Positions 10,444 through 19,463 of a stretch of DNA of 64,000 nt are shown in pieces. The stretch's first letter is position 1. Each line of letters opens with the position of its first letter. Below the pieces are notes generated by a model. That model saw only the letters and a list, made by a program, of their open reading frames with translations, was not told the origin of the DNA and searched no databases. Source of the DNA: Nitrospinales bacterium (lineage in GTDB: Bacteria > Nitrospinota > Nitrospinia > Nitrospinales > VA-1). A program made the position numbers and the translations under genes. The stretch covers positions 192,001 through 256,000 of the forward strand of contig CBDCXL010000001.1 of the NCBI GenBank assembly GCA_965223795.1. The letters run 5' to 3'.

Positions 10444-10860
10444 ATGCCCTGTAAAGACAGTTCCTCGCGCGTGATGGTGACCCTCGATGCCGACGAGCGG
10501 CTGCTGGACTTCGATTTTTCCAAGATCACCTGCAGCCAGGAGATCGGCGGGGAGACCGGCTACAAACGGCTCTGCGTGGGAAAATCCATCGAAGAAATCG
10601 CCGGGCTGGAATTCAACGACCTGGTGCGGGAGTTGAAGCTCGACGACCCGGAAGCGCAGTTTTTCCTCTACCTGGAATGGGATGCGCTGAGGACGGCGAT
10701 CGCCCAGTATCAGGGCAAGGAGGAAGAGGTCGATGCGGAGCGTTATCAGGTGGCGTCGATCGCCTGGGAAGACGGCAGAATCGAGATCAGCCAGGTGATC
10801 CGCCCGCCGACGGAAATGCCGAAGATCATCCCCTGCAGCCGGCGCGTTGAGAGTTCTTAG
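10444..10860 (+). CDS. Hypothetical protein resembling a divergent IscU/NifU-N fold
   Basis: PCKD...DFDFSKITC...GKSIEEI...DALRTAIAQY aligns by eye with the IscU pattern. Confidence 0.6.
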   Translation: MPCKDSSSRVMVTLDADERLLDFDFSKITCSQEIGGETGYKRLCVGKSIEEIAGLEFNDLVRELKLDDPEAQFFLYLEWDALRTAIAQYQGKEEEVDAERYQVASIAWEDGRIEISQVIRPPTEMPKIIPCSRRVESS

Positions 10861-10958
10861 GCGATACTTTAAAAATATTCCAGCACACTCTTAAATAAAA
10901 GAAGTCCCCCTTTGACTGGAGCACTGTTAAGTGAGGGGGCATTCAGGAAATAGGAATT

Positions 10959-10984
10959 CTTTGCGTCCTCTGCGTCTTTGCGGT
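10959..10984 (-). repeat. Dispersed 26-bp intergenic repeat, copy 1
   Basis: Exact reverse complement of 26400-26425 (ACCGCAAAGACGCAGAGGACGCAAAG). Confidence 0.85.
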
Positions 10985-11047
10985 TACAACAGGTTTTGGT
11001 TTTTCTCGTAATTCTTCCTGATAATTCATCTCCCGTTTTGAGCCCGA

Positions 11048-11470
11048 TCAATCCGGGTAGAGGCGGACGGGGCGCACGTAGCCCTGGGAGAAATCCTGGT
11101 CGAAGCCCTGGGAGAGGCCGCTGGAATAATTGAAATAGAAAGCGGCCTGCTGGTCGAAGGGCAAGCACCAGGAACCGTTGCCGCCGCCCGGCGCGAAGAC
11201 GGGGGCGATGTGCAGCTCCTGGGCCGAGCGGCCCATGACGGTGCTGTCGGGCAGGAACAGTTTCTCGATTTCATCCTTTTCCGGAATGCGCCAGTCGTGC
11301 TGGCCGAGGTAGTCTTTTTTATTGAGTTCGTCCACGAAGGTCAGGGCTTCCTGAAAGGTCAGCCAGTCCTGGGCGATGGCCCAGGAATCCTCTTTGGCCC
11401 AGACCAGACCGGTCTCGTTGTCGGTCACCATTCCGTTTCCGTTGTCCACAAAGCGCGTTTCCTGTATCAT
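11048..11470 (-). CDS. DUF1566 (Lcl C-terminal domain) protein
   Basis: RFVDNGNGMVTDNETGLVW...GQHDWRIP...YVRPVR. Confidence 0.88.
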   Translation of the reverse strand: MIQETRFVDNGNGMVTDNETGLVWAKEDSWAIAQDWLTFQEALTFVDELNKKDYLGQHDWRIPEKDEIEKLFLPDSTVMGRSAQELHIAPVFAPGGGNGSWCLPFDQQAAFYFNYSSGLSQGFDQDFSQGYVRPVRLYPD

Positions 11471-11620
11471 TACAAAACCTTAAAGCCGAGTGGGTGGGTT
11501 TTTCGTCCGGTGGAAGCGCCGCGGGGCGGACCTCCATCTCGCTCAAATCGTTAATAATGAAGGCCATAATTTAACTCAAGCCACAAAGCTTGTGAAGCCC
11601 CAATTTACAGGAAACGCCCG

Positions 11621-12247
11621 ATGCCCTCACTCCGCCTGACGCACCCCCGACCCTGGATCCTGGCCCTGATTGCGGCCTGTTATTTTGCCGCGGCCCCGGC
11701 CGCTCCGGCGGGGGCGGAAACCGGCCTGTCCGCCGCCGTGCTGACACAGGCGGTGGTCGCCGATGCGGTCGAGGATCGGTGCGGCGAAAAGGTGCTGCCG
11801 GCGAAATACTACACCCGCGCCTCGCAGTACGCGCTCATCGGCGCGCTGGCGTTTCTGCTGCTGGCGATTCTGGCGGACAACAAAAAGGTGAAGATCGGCA
11901 TGGGTAGCCTCGCCGTCATCCCGGTGGCGGTGTGGCTGTACGTGCATTTTTTCGTGGATTTCGACAAGGTCAAGCGGATCACGTTCACCTACAACACCGC
12001 CGCCGAGGCCACGCTGGCCAACATCGCCGAAGCGCAGGACCGCTACAAGTCGGAGCACGACACGTTTCTCAGCGATCTCAATAAACTGTATTCGCACACG
12101 GCCGGGGCGGGCGGCATGAACGCCTGCGTCAAGATCGTGTCCATCGAGGCAGAGTGGAACCGCTGGTCGGCGACGGCGCGGCATGTGTCCAGCCCGGAAA
12201 CGGTGACCTGGGACAGCAGCACCGGCAGCTCGCTGAAGAAGGGGTGA
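11621..12247 (+). CDS. Membrane protein with a pilin-like C-terminal domain
   Basis: Signal peptide, two TM helices, then AEATLANIAEAQDRYKSEHDTF..DLNKL...WSATARH. Confidence 0.65.
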   Translation: MPSLRLTHPRPWILALIAACYFAAAPAAPAGAETGLSAAVLTQAVVADAVEDRCGEKVLPAKYYTRASQYALIGALAFLLLAILADNKKVKIGMGSLAVIPVAVWLYVHFFVDFDKVKRITFTYNTAAEATLANIAEAQDRYKSEHDTFLSDLNKLYSHTAGAGGMNACVKIVSIEAEWNRWSATARHVSSPETVTWDSSTGSSLKKG

Positions 12248-12281
12248 GGGATTGGAGAGATTTTGGCAGGAAGTGCTAAAT

Positions 12282-13133
12282 CTATCTTAGTGAGGCAGGT
12301 GTTTCCGTTTTCAGTGATTTAATAAATGCCTGAAGCTTTTTTCTGTTCTTTTCGTCCGCGTAATCCAGAGGAGTTTTTCCTTTCTTGTCTTTTATATTCG
12401 GGTTGGATCCATTTTTCAGTAGAAATCTTGCCGTTTCCCACACTTTTCTTAACACTGAGTAGTGAAGAGGAATTCTTCCTTCATCGTCACGGAAATTGAT
12501 ATCCGCTCCGTAAGAAAGCAGCATTTTGATTCGAGGGATTTGTTTGAAATGGGCGGCATTGTGTAAAGGGACCGCACCTTTGTTCATGGGAATGTTCGGG
12601 TTGGCTCCTTTGGAGAGTAAGTACTCCGATATTTCATTCGATACGCTATAAGCTAAAGGAGTGTAGCCTTCAAAACCCTGGGCGTTGATATCCGCGCCAT
12701 GATTTATCAAACTTTTTATTAACTTGAATCTTGGCTTTGATTGATAAAGGGCATGATGCAAGGCCATATCACCATGATTGTCTCTGCGGTTCACATCCGC
12801 TCCGTTGGCAAGTAAAAATTCCACAATGAGTTCATCTGCTGGATAAGAAACTTTGGCGGATGTTATTAGTGGACTTTTCCCCCCGCAATAGGACTCATTA
12901 ACATCGGCGCCTTCCTCAACGAGTTTTTTGACCAATTCATACCGCTTGCCTTTATTAGCAAATGTTCGTCCGATCTCATTTCCTAATGGTCCTGGAGGGT
13001 CTGGGCAGGGTTTTACGCTGACAAGGTCATAATTTACCCTTGTAGTCTCAATTTTGGTGCCTAGAATTGGGCTCAAGCAGATCGACAGGAGCGGTAAAAT
13101 TGAAATTGCAAATATTTGAAATAAAAATTTCAT
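12282..13133 (-). CDS. Secreted ankyrin-repeat protein, AT-rich
   Basis: Repeated GADVN/GADIN and PLH/TPL motifs, plus an N-terminal hydrophobic segment. Confidence 0.9.
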   Translation of the reverse strand: MKFLFQIFAISILPLLSICLSPILGTKIETTRVNYDLVSVKPCPDPPGPLGNEIGRTFANKGKRYELVKKLVEEGADVNESYCGGKSPLITSAKVSYPADELIVEFLLANGADVNRRDNHGDMALHHALYQSKPRFKLIKSLINHGADINAQGFEGYTPLAYSVSNEISEYLLSKGANPNIPMNKGAVPLHNAAHFKQIPRIKMLLSYGADINFRDDEGRIPLHYSVLRKVWETARFLLKNGSNPNIKDKKGKTPLDYADEKNRKKLQAFIKSLKTETPASLR

Positions 13134-13261
13134 TTTGTGGTTCTAAGTTAGCCTTTATGTAAAGTATTATACCGGAAATTCGAAATTCTGTTTTCCCGCC
13201 GCACAATCGTTGTTAAGATAGACACAGGCCGCGAAAAAACATTCCCCGTATCAAAACTTCC

Positions 13262-13663
13262 GTGGACAATCCTTTCCCAAATACCCGAATTCTCGTCGTC
13301 GACGACGAGAAGAAAGCTCACTCCAACCTAAAGCGCATGCTGGAGCTGAAGCACTTCCGGGTGCTGGTGGCGCAGGACGGCAAGGACGCGCTCGCCAAGG
13401 TGGACGTGTTCGACCCCGAATGCGTGCTGCTGGACATCCGCATGCCCTACATGAACGGCATCGACGTGCTCAAGCTCATCAAGGACAAGCACCCGCACAC
13501 GGAGGTGATCATGGTGACGGCGGTGACCAGCCTCAAGATCGCCGAAGGCTGCATGCAGGACGGGGCGTTCGCGGTGATCGAAAAGCCGGTCAACTTCGTC
13601 TACCTCATGGAAAAGATCACCGCCGCGCTGCAAAAACGCAGAGACCGCGGCGAACCTTCCTGA
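13262..13663 (+). CDS. Single-domain response regulator
   Basis: ILVVDDE, LLDIRMPYMNG, IMVTA, EKP. Confidence 0.93.
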   Translation: MDNPFPNTRILVVDDEKKAHSNLKRMLELKHFRVLVAQDGKDALAKVDVFDPECVLLDIRMPYMNGIDVLKLIKDKHPHTEVIMVTAVTSLKIAEGCMQDGAFAVIEKPVNFVYLMEKITAALQKRRDRGEPS

Positions 13664-13738
13664 TCGTTTTCAATAAAAGATAAATAAAACTAGTGGCGGG
13701 CGTTTCGCCTAGATGGGATGACTAGCTTATCGTGCCGG

Positions 13739-14116
13739 TCAGAGGCGGTTCCGGGTGCGGCGCAGGATCTCGAGCAGGGCGTCTTTGGGGGCGTCCGCCT
13801 GGGCGGTGTGAATGGACAGCCGGGTCTGTGATGCGGCCAGCGGTTCCAGGATCAGCAGCATCTTGCGGCCGGGGGCCGCCGCCAGGATTTTCTTCCCGGA
13901 GCGGATGCTGTCTTCCTGCTCCACCTGCACGTTCAGGGTGTGCAATGCCTCACGGGCGGCGGCGTGGACCTCCAGCATCGAATGGTTGAGCGTGGTGTTC
14001 ACTCTCGCGGACGGGTTGTTTTCGCTTTCCCAGTTCCCCGCTCCGACGGCCAGGGCCATGCAGCCTGCGATCAGAGGCAGAAACAGAAAACTGAGGCCTT
14101 TTTGAATGTCACTCAT
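13739..14116 (-). CDS. Putative lipoprotein (DUF3568-like)
   Basis: Lipobox IAGC followed by ALAVGAG, then VHAAAREAL..L and TRLSI. Confidence 0.65.
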   Translation of the reverse strand: MSDIQKGLSFLFLPLIAGCMALAVGAGNWESENNPSARVNTTLNHSMLEVHAAAREALHTLNVQVEQEDSIRSGKKILAAAPGRKMLLILEPLAASQTRLSIHTAQADAPKDALLEILRRTRNRL

Positions 14117-14167
14117 GATCGGGAGTTCCTGAAACGCGTGGTGTTATCCTAAGTGGTTGATATTAAA

Positions 14168-14183
14168 TGCAAACGGGATGCCA
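14168..14183 (-). promoter_or_regulatory. Sigma54 (-24/-12) promoter
   Basis: Minus strand TGGCATC-CCGT-TTGCA, ~50 bp upstream of the lipoprotein gene. Confidence 0.65.
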
Positions 14184-14326
14184 ATCGGGAAGGGTTGATT
14201 TTCCGCCGATTGTCCGCATACGGCCGGTGCGGACAAGTGCAGGATTGTTGATTTTCCATCCTTTATTTATAAAAAATCAGACGCTTCAACTTTTAATGTC
14301 TGGGTTGTGTGCCGGAAGAACCGCGG

Positions 14327-14719
14327 TCATTCCTGATCCCACATGTTGACGATGCCGTTGAGGGACACCAGCCCGATGGCCTGGTTGTTCGACAGGACCA
14401 TGGCGTAGGACACGTTGAAGTTGGTCATGTGCCGGGCCGCGTAGGGCAGGGGCATGTCCGGCGGGACGGACAGGACCGGCTTGGACATGATTTCGTACAC
14501 GTGCGCTTCGTGCAGCTTGCGGCGCGCGGCGATGACTTTGCGGGCGATGTCCTTGAGCGTGAGGATCCCGTAGACGTCCAGTTCGTTGCGCGGCTCGATC
14601 AGCACGGCGTGGATCTTTTCCTTCTTCATCATGGCCAGGGCGTCCGAAACGCGGGTGACGCCTTCGATCTTCTTGAACTGCGGCATCATCACGTCGCGGA
14701 CCCGTTTGTCAGGCGGCAT
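14327..14719 (-). CDS. CBS-domain protein
   Basis: VRDVM...YGILTLKDI...VYEIMSKPV, a CBS pair. Confidence 0.9.
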   Translation of the reverse strand: MPPDKRVRDVMMPQFKKIEGVTRVSDALAMMKKEKIHAVLIEPRNELDVYGILTLKDIARKVIAARRKLHEAHVYEIMSKPVLSVPPDMPLPYAARHMTNFNVSYAMVLSNNQAIGLVSLNGIVNMWDQE

Positions 14720-14741
14720 GGGCGTTCCTTTTTATTGAGGG

Positions 14742-15089
14742 CTAGAAATAGTGTTGCCTGGCGTCTTTTTCCAGAGTGGGAAGCTGGCTTTCCAGACCGA
14801 TGGCGCGGTCCACCAGAAATGAAAACGCGATCCCGTTGCCTTGCTCGTTCAGTTTCCCCGCTTGGTAGATCGCGTCCATGATGTCGTCGGAAATGATGTC
14901 TTCGACCAGAAACAGCAGCATGTCTTTTTTCGATTCCATGGTCAGTCCGAAAAAGGATTTCTGTTCGTGAATGCCTTCGCCGCGTGCGTTCAGAATGGTG
15001 ACGCCGGTGGCGCCGGCTTTCTTGGCCGCTTCGATCACCGTGTCCTGGTAATCGTCGTTGACCAGGGCCAGAATCACTTTGAAGCGCAT
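14742..15089 (-). CDS. P-II family regulator-like protein
   Basis: AGATGVTILNARGEG...FFGL...GNGIAF. Confidence 0.88.
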   Translation of the reverse strand: MRFKVILALVNDDYQDTVIEAAKKAGATGVTILNARGEGIHEQKSFFGLTMESKKDMLLFLVEDIISDDIMDAIYQAGKLNEQGNGIAFSFLVDRAIGLESQLPTLEKDARQHYF

Positions 15090-15104
15090 GTCGGTATCTT
15101 CTCC

Positions 15105-15914
15105 TTACAGTTTGTTTTTAGGGGCCGTCCGCCGCGCCCGCAATTCGCTGATCTTAGCATAGGCCAGCACGGCCATCATAGGGAAAAGGGATGCGAAGGC
15201 GATGAGCCCGAAGCCGTCGAGCAGGGGAGAGCGGCCCGGCACGTTCGAAGCGAGGCCGATGCCCAGCGCCGCCAGCACGGGGACGGTCACCGTCGAGGTG
15301 GTCACGCCGCCGGAGTCGTAGGCCAGCGGCATGATGGCTTTGGGAGCAAAATAAGTTTGAATCAAAAGGATGACGTAACCCGCGATGATGTAGGTGTACA
15401 GCGGTGTGCCGCTGACGATGCGGTAGATCCCCAGACTCACGCCGAAGGCGACGCCGAGCGCCACGGCGATGCGCAGGCCCCAGGCGGACACGGCGCCGGT
15501 GGAGATCTCGCTGGCCTTGATCGCCACGGCGATCAGGGCGGGTTCGGCGAGCGTGGTGGCAAAGCCGATCAGAAAACCGAACGCGTAGGTCCAGGCATAC
15601 AGGGAAGGCGGCACGCGGCCGGTCTCGAAGATCGACTGGACGGTTTCTTCGTCGCCGCCGGTGAGAAACCGCAAGTCGGTCAACCGGTCGGCCATCTGAA
15701 AGCTGATGGGAAAGATGCCCTGTTCGAGACCGACGATGAACAGGGCCAGCCCGACCACGACGAGCACCAGCCCGGTGAGAATCTGCTTCAGGTGCGGGAC
15801 TTTGCGCCTCAGCACCACCGCCTGAAAGAAAAACAGCACCAGCAGGATCGGCGCGATGTCCCATAGGGTGCTTTTCAGAGAATCGAGGATCGGCACGAAC
15901 CATTCGCTGTGCAT
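15105..15914 (-). CDS. DUF1538 membrane protein
   Basis: TTLAEPAL, AYDSGGVTTSTVTVP, DGFGLIAFAS. Confidence 0.9.
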   Translation of the reverse strand: MHSEWFVPILDSLKSTLWDIAPILLVLFFFQAVVLRRKVPHLKQILTGLVLVVVGLALFIVGLEQGIFPISFQMADRLTDLRFLTGGDEETVQSIFETGRVPPSLYAWTYAFGFLIGFATTLAEPALIAVAIKASEISTGAVSAWGLRIAVALGVAFGVSLGIYRIVSGTPLYTYIIAGYVILLIQTYFAPKAIMPLAYDSGGVTTSTVTVPVLAALGIGLASNVPGRSPLLDGFGLIAFASLFPMMAVLAYAKISELRARRTAPKNKL

Positions 15915-16657
15915 CAGGCCACTCCGTAAACCGCCATCCCGTAGATGAGCACGAACAGGATGGGTGTCAGGCTGGCGAAAGCGATGAGCCCGAATCCGTC
16001 GGTCATCGGGTTGCGGCCGCGGATGGAGGCGGCGAGGCTCACGCCCAGCGCCGTCACCAGGGGCACCGTGATGGTGGAGGTGGTGATGCCGCCGGAATCG
16101 TAGGCGATGCCGATGATGGCCTTGGGGGCGTACAGCGTGGCGACGACGATCAGGCTGTAACCCGCGAGGATGAACCAGATCAGCGGCCAGCCGCGGATGA
16201 TGCGCAGCACGCCGAGGGCGATGGCGATGCCGACGGAAGCGGCGATGGTCAATCGCAGCCCCAGCACGAAACGGCCGATGGCGCTGGAGTCCGCGGCGAT
16301 CGCTCCGGAGCCGGCGGCCAGTTCACCGGCTTTGTTGGCGATGACGGTGAGCGCGGGTTCGGCGATGGTGGTGGAAAACCCGAGCGTGAAGGCGAACAGC
16401 AGCAGCCACCAGGGATTGCCTTTGCGGGTGAACTGCACGGCCAGCGATTCGCCCATCGGGAACAGGGCGGTTTCCAGTCCCATGACGAACAGGAAAAGGC
16501 CGAACACGACCAGCAGCATCGCGGGAATGGTTTTTTCAAGATCGGGCAGCGGGCTCTGGATCACGAACAGCTGAAAGAAAACCATCACGGCAACGACGGG
16601 CGCGATGTCCAAAACCGAGGCGAGGAGTTTCTGGATCAGCGGTTTCAGGAAATCCAC
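15914..16657 (-). CDS. DUF1538 membrane protein, second paralog
   Basis: TTIAEPAL, AYDSGGITTSTITVP, DGFGLIAFAS. Confidence 0.9.
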   Translation of the reverse strand: MDFLKPLIQKLLASVLDIAPVVAVMVFFQLFVIQSPLPDLEKTIPAMLLVVFGLFLFVMGLETALFPMGESLAVQFTRKGNPWWLLLFAFTLGFSTTIAEPALTVIANKAGELAAGSGAIAADSSAIGRFVLGLRLTIAASVGIAIALGVLRIIRGWPLIWFILAGYSLIVVATLYAPKAIIGIAYDSGGITTSTITVPLVTALGVSLAASIRGRNPMTDGFGLIAFASLTPILFVLIYGMAVYGVA

Positions 16658-16742
16658 AGAGCCAACCTCAAGGCTGCGAAAGGAAAGGGCGGCGGACGAT
16701 GACGCCGGGCATAAGGAATATCAAATAAGGTGGGAAGAACGG

Positions 16743-17036
16743 TTATTTTTTATCGGGGGCCTCGCGGAGCGGATCCTGCGATGGAGCCGCGTCCGCATCC
16801 TGGGCGGAACGTTCGGTGACGGCTTTGGGTTCCTCCACGTCGGACACTTCCGCCTGGTTCGCTATGGTATCGACCGAAACACCATCGGGTTCCTTGTCCG
16901 GTTCTTTCATGGACTGTTTGAAGTTTTTGATGGTTTTCCCGAAGGCGCTGCCGATCTGCGGGATTTTTCCGGCGCCAAAGATGATCATGATGATGACCAG
17001 GACAATCAACAGTTCCGGAAGGCCGATACCGCCCAT
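16743..17036 (-). CDS. tatA: Twin-arginine translocase TatA/E
   Basis: GIGLPELLIVLVIIMIIFGAGKIPQIGSAFGKTIKNFK, with SD GGAG. Confidence 0.93.
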   Translation of the reverse strand: MGGIGLPELLIVLVIIMIIFGAGKIPQIGSAFGKTIKNFKQSMKEPDKEPDGVSVDTIANQAEVSDVEEPKAVTERSAQDADAAPSQDPLREAPDKK

Positions 17037-17163
17037 CGCGGTTTCTCCATTATTAATTTTTCCAAATACTTACAGAAAGGAGTATACCTAAGGGAATATG
17101 AAAAACCAAGCTATAATACGGGGTGCTCCGGCAGGGGCGTTTATTTTATAGAAGCGAGGCCGC

Positions 17164-17676
17164 ATGAGTTCCGAAGAGCTGAACGAAGAAGATGTTCTGG
17201 ACCTGTTTTATAAAAACAAGGGCAACCTCGATGACCTGAACCGGTTGATCGACGAACGTCTGAAAGCACATCGCACGCGCAAGATCACGCTGTTTGAAAA
17301 ATTCGTGCGCTCACGAATTCAGCTCAACGCCCGGGTGCTCAAAATGGCGGACATGGAAGTTTCCCCGCAGGAGGTGGTGTTCCTGAGCAAGCATCCGGAG
17401 GTCAAGGACGTGGAAGTTCTGGATCTCAGGAAAAACGGTTTCGGCGACATCGGCCTGGAAGCGATCGTGCGGTCGCCGATGTTGACGCAGCTCAAGGTGC
17501 TGGACCTGCGCAGCAATGGAATCACGCGCCTGGGTATGGAAACGCTGGCACAGTGCGAGTCCCTGCGCCTGCTGGAAAAGCTGGATCTTAGAATGAATAA
17601 ACTGGGAAAACGCTGGGAAGAGAAACTGCTGGCGACGGGGAATTTCCCGAATCTGAATGACCTGAAAACCGCATGA
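17164..17676 (+). CDS. Leucine-rich-repeat protein
   Basis: LDLRKNGFGDIG, LKVLDLRSNGIT and LEKLDLRMNKL repeats. Confidence 0.82.
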   Translation: MSSEELNEEDVLDLFYKNKGNLDDLNRLIDERLKAHRTRKITLFEKFVRSRIQLNARVLKMADMEVSPQEVVFLSKHPEVKDVEVLDLRKNGFGDIGLEAIVRSPMLTQLKVLDLRSNGITRLGMETLAQCESLRLLEKLDLRMNKLGKRWEEKLLATGNFPNLNDLKTA

Positions 17677-17710
17677 GCGCGATTCCGCCCGCGAAGCGGC
17701 ACGCGGCGTT

Positions 17711-18016
17711 TTACAGGATTAGCCGGTTTTTGTTTTCCCGGATTTTCTGAACCATCTTGTCTGCGATCTCCTGCGCCTTCACCTGATAGGACCCTTCCTC
17801 CAGAACGGTTCGGAATTTCTGCACCAGATCTTTGCGGATTTCCGATGAAGTTTGGGGTTTCGCCGCGGCCGCCTGCGGGGCTTTGGAGGACAGGGTCACC
17901 CGGTCCACCTCTTTGGAGGCGGGCGCTGCCGCCTGCGAGCCCCGCTTGATTTTCGGTGCGGGTTTGTTGATGGGGTTTTTTCTGTCCACTCGGGATGTCG
18001 GGTCTAATTCCGTCAT
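17711..18016 (-). CDS. flgM: Anti-sigma28 factor FlgM
   Basis: DRVTLSS...EIRKDLV...GSYQVKAQEIADKM. Confidence 0.8.
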   Translation of the reverse strand: MTELDPTSRVDRKNPINKPAPKIKRGSQAAAPASKEVDRVTLSSKAPQAAAAKPQTSSEIRKDLVQKFRTVLEEGSYQVKAQEIADKMVQKIRENKNRLIL

Positions 18017-18558
18017 AATATGTCTATCGGGTTCTTCCTGTACGGGAAGGTGCGGTCGCCTTTAGGGAAAACCGGTTTGCGGCTGCCTTTCCGTTTAGCG
18101 GTTGCGCCGGACGCGGGCTGAGCCTGCGGCTTTTCGCGCAACGTCTGCAAAGGCACCAAAAAAGTAACTTGTCTGCTTGTGGAAGAAATCGGAGGGAGTT
18201 GCGCAGGAAATCTAAGAACGCTGCGGCCCATTTTCCATTTCCTCCATGAAACTGGAATCGAGGGTGCTGCCAGCCTCCGGGGTTTGTTTTGTCCGGGGGC
18301 CGTCCTTCTGTCGATCATCCGGATCGACCTATGTTTAAATTTTCGGCGGGAACGCGGATTTCTTGAGCCGTTTGATAAAGAAATATCAAGAAACTCAAAA
18401 TGTTGTGAATAACCGGGTCCTCCGGACAGCCTAAGGTCCGCCGCCGCTCGTTTTGCATTGCAAAAACGGCCTTTAATTAGAATGAAATTAAAAATAATTT
18501 CTTCTGAATTCATTTAAACATTGAATATCCGAACCACTTGTAGTACCCTGAAATCAAG

Positions 18559-18649
18559 TGAGTTACCTCCCGTTAGCGGACCCGCTTGTGAGGATGGACT
18601 CCCCCGCCTCGCAGCGGGTCCCTCTACGTTTCCCACCGCTAACAACTCA
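18559..18649. ncRNA. Candidate structured RNA (long nested hairpin)
   Basis: Four nested stems in a long intergenic region: TGAGTT/AACTCA, GTTAGCGG/CCGCTAAC, ACCCGCT/AGCGGGT and GTGAGG/CCTCGC. Confidence 0.4.
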
Positions 18650-18895
18650 GAACACACTTCCCGTAAATACAGCGGTTTTCGTTACCTCAGGCATGGAGTC
18701 ATTAACGACCGGCCGGCTGCGGTTTTTCCGTGCTTTTCAATGCAGGGGAATACGTTTGATGGCGAACGAGGGCGTGAAATCGGGAATGTGATTGCGGCGG
18801 GCTGCCTTCCGCGGAATTCAGGCTATGAGAGCGGCATTGGCAGCAGAAACCGGACCGCAGACGTCCGGTGTCCCGCACCTGAAAGATGAGCGGTG

Positions 18896-18928
18896 CGCCG
18901 TTTCCCGTCTGTAGGCGGGGAAACGGCG
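18896..18928. terminator. GC-rich hairpin, probable terminator of the 18930-19142 gene
   Basis: CGCCGTTTCCCGTC-TGTA-GGCGGGGAAACGGCG immediately after the stop codon. Confidence 0.55.
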
Positions 18929-18929
18929 T

Positions 18930-19142
18930 TTAAGCGTCGTTGCCGAAATCCGAGAATTCCAGGAACTGGCTGTCGAGCGTCTGCTTGACCCATTGCGGCA
19001 CCCGCGGGCGCTCGGAATTCTGCAGGGACATGGACTCTTCCGACTTCCTGAAGTTTTCCCAGTGCGTTTCTTTGAGTTCGTTGGTGGAGACCACTTTTTT
19101 CACGGTCCCATCGGGGTTGTACACTTTCACCTCGTAAAACAT
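18930..19142 (-). CDS. Small hypothetical protein
   Basis: 70 aa (MFYEVKVYNPDG...), SD AAGGAG, an upstream sigma54 site and a downstream hairpin. Confidence 0.8.
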   Translation of the reverse strand: MFYEVKVYNPDGTVKKVVSTNELKETHWENFRKSEESMSLQNSERPRVPQWVKQTLDSQFLEFSDFGNDA

Positions 19143-19187
19143 GACTGTCTCCTTCTGATTTTGCGTTGGTTTTCAATGATTTGTATG

Positions 19188-19202
19188 GCAATTCGCGTGC
19201 CA
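19188..19202 (-). promoter_or_regulatory. Sigma54 (-24/-12) promoter
   Basis: Minus strand TGGCACG-CGAA-TTGC, an exact match to the consensus. Confidence 0.75.
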
Positions 19203-19463
19203 AACTGTAAAATATTGAATTTTAAAGGGTTATTTCGATAAGGGTGGGTTTTTCGGGGGTGGTGATTATCGCCAATTCATACAATTTTTGGTAAAATATG
19301 ACAATTTTGGGCACAATTGAGGTGCCACAGAGGGCCCGATTTTGTGGCCTCACGATTGATTTTTTGCGGGATAATGGGGTGCGAAGCGGGGCTTGATTAC
19401 CGGAAAGATTCGGCTGGGGCGGGCAGACGCACTTCAGCCGGCAACGCGCACAGGAGAAAAAAC

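Noticed and set aside
18017..18070. Sigma28 promoter for flgM
   Set aside because: A CCGATA-like -10 is present on the minus strand, but the nearest TAAA is ~29 nt away instead of ~15.
18013..18889. ORFs 18013-18513, 18179-18412, 18521-18889 and 18558-18791
   Set aside because: They have atypical composition, no motifs and overlap each other. The region looks non-coding.
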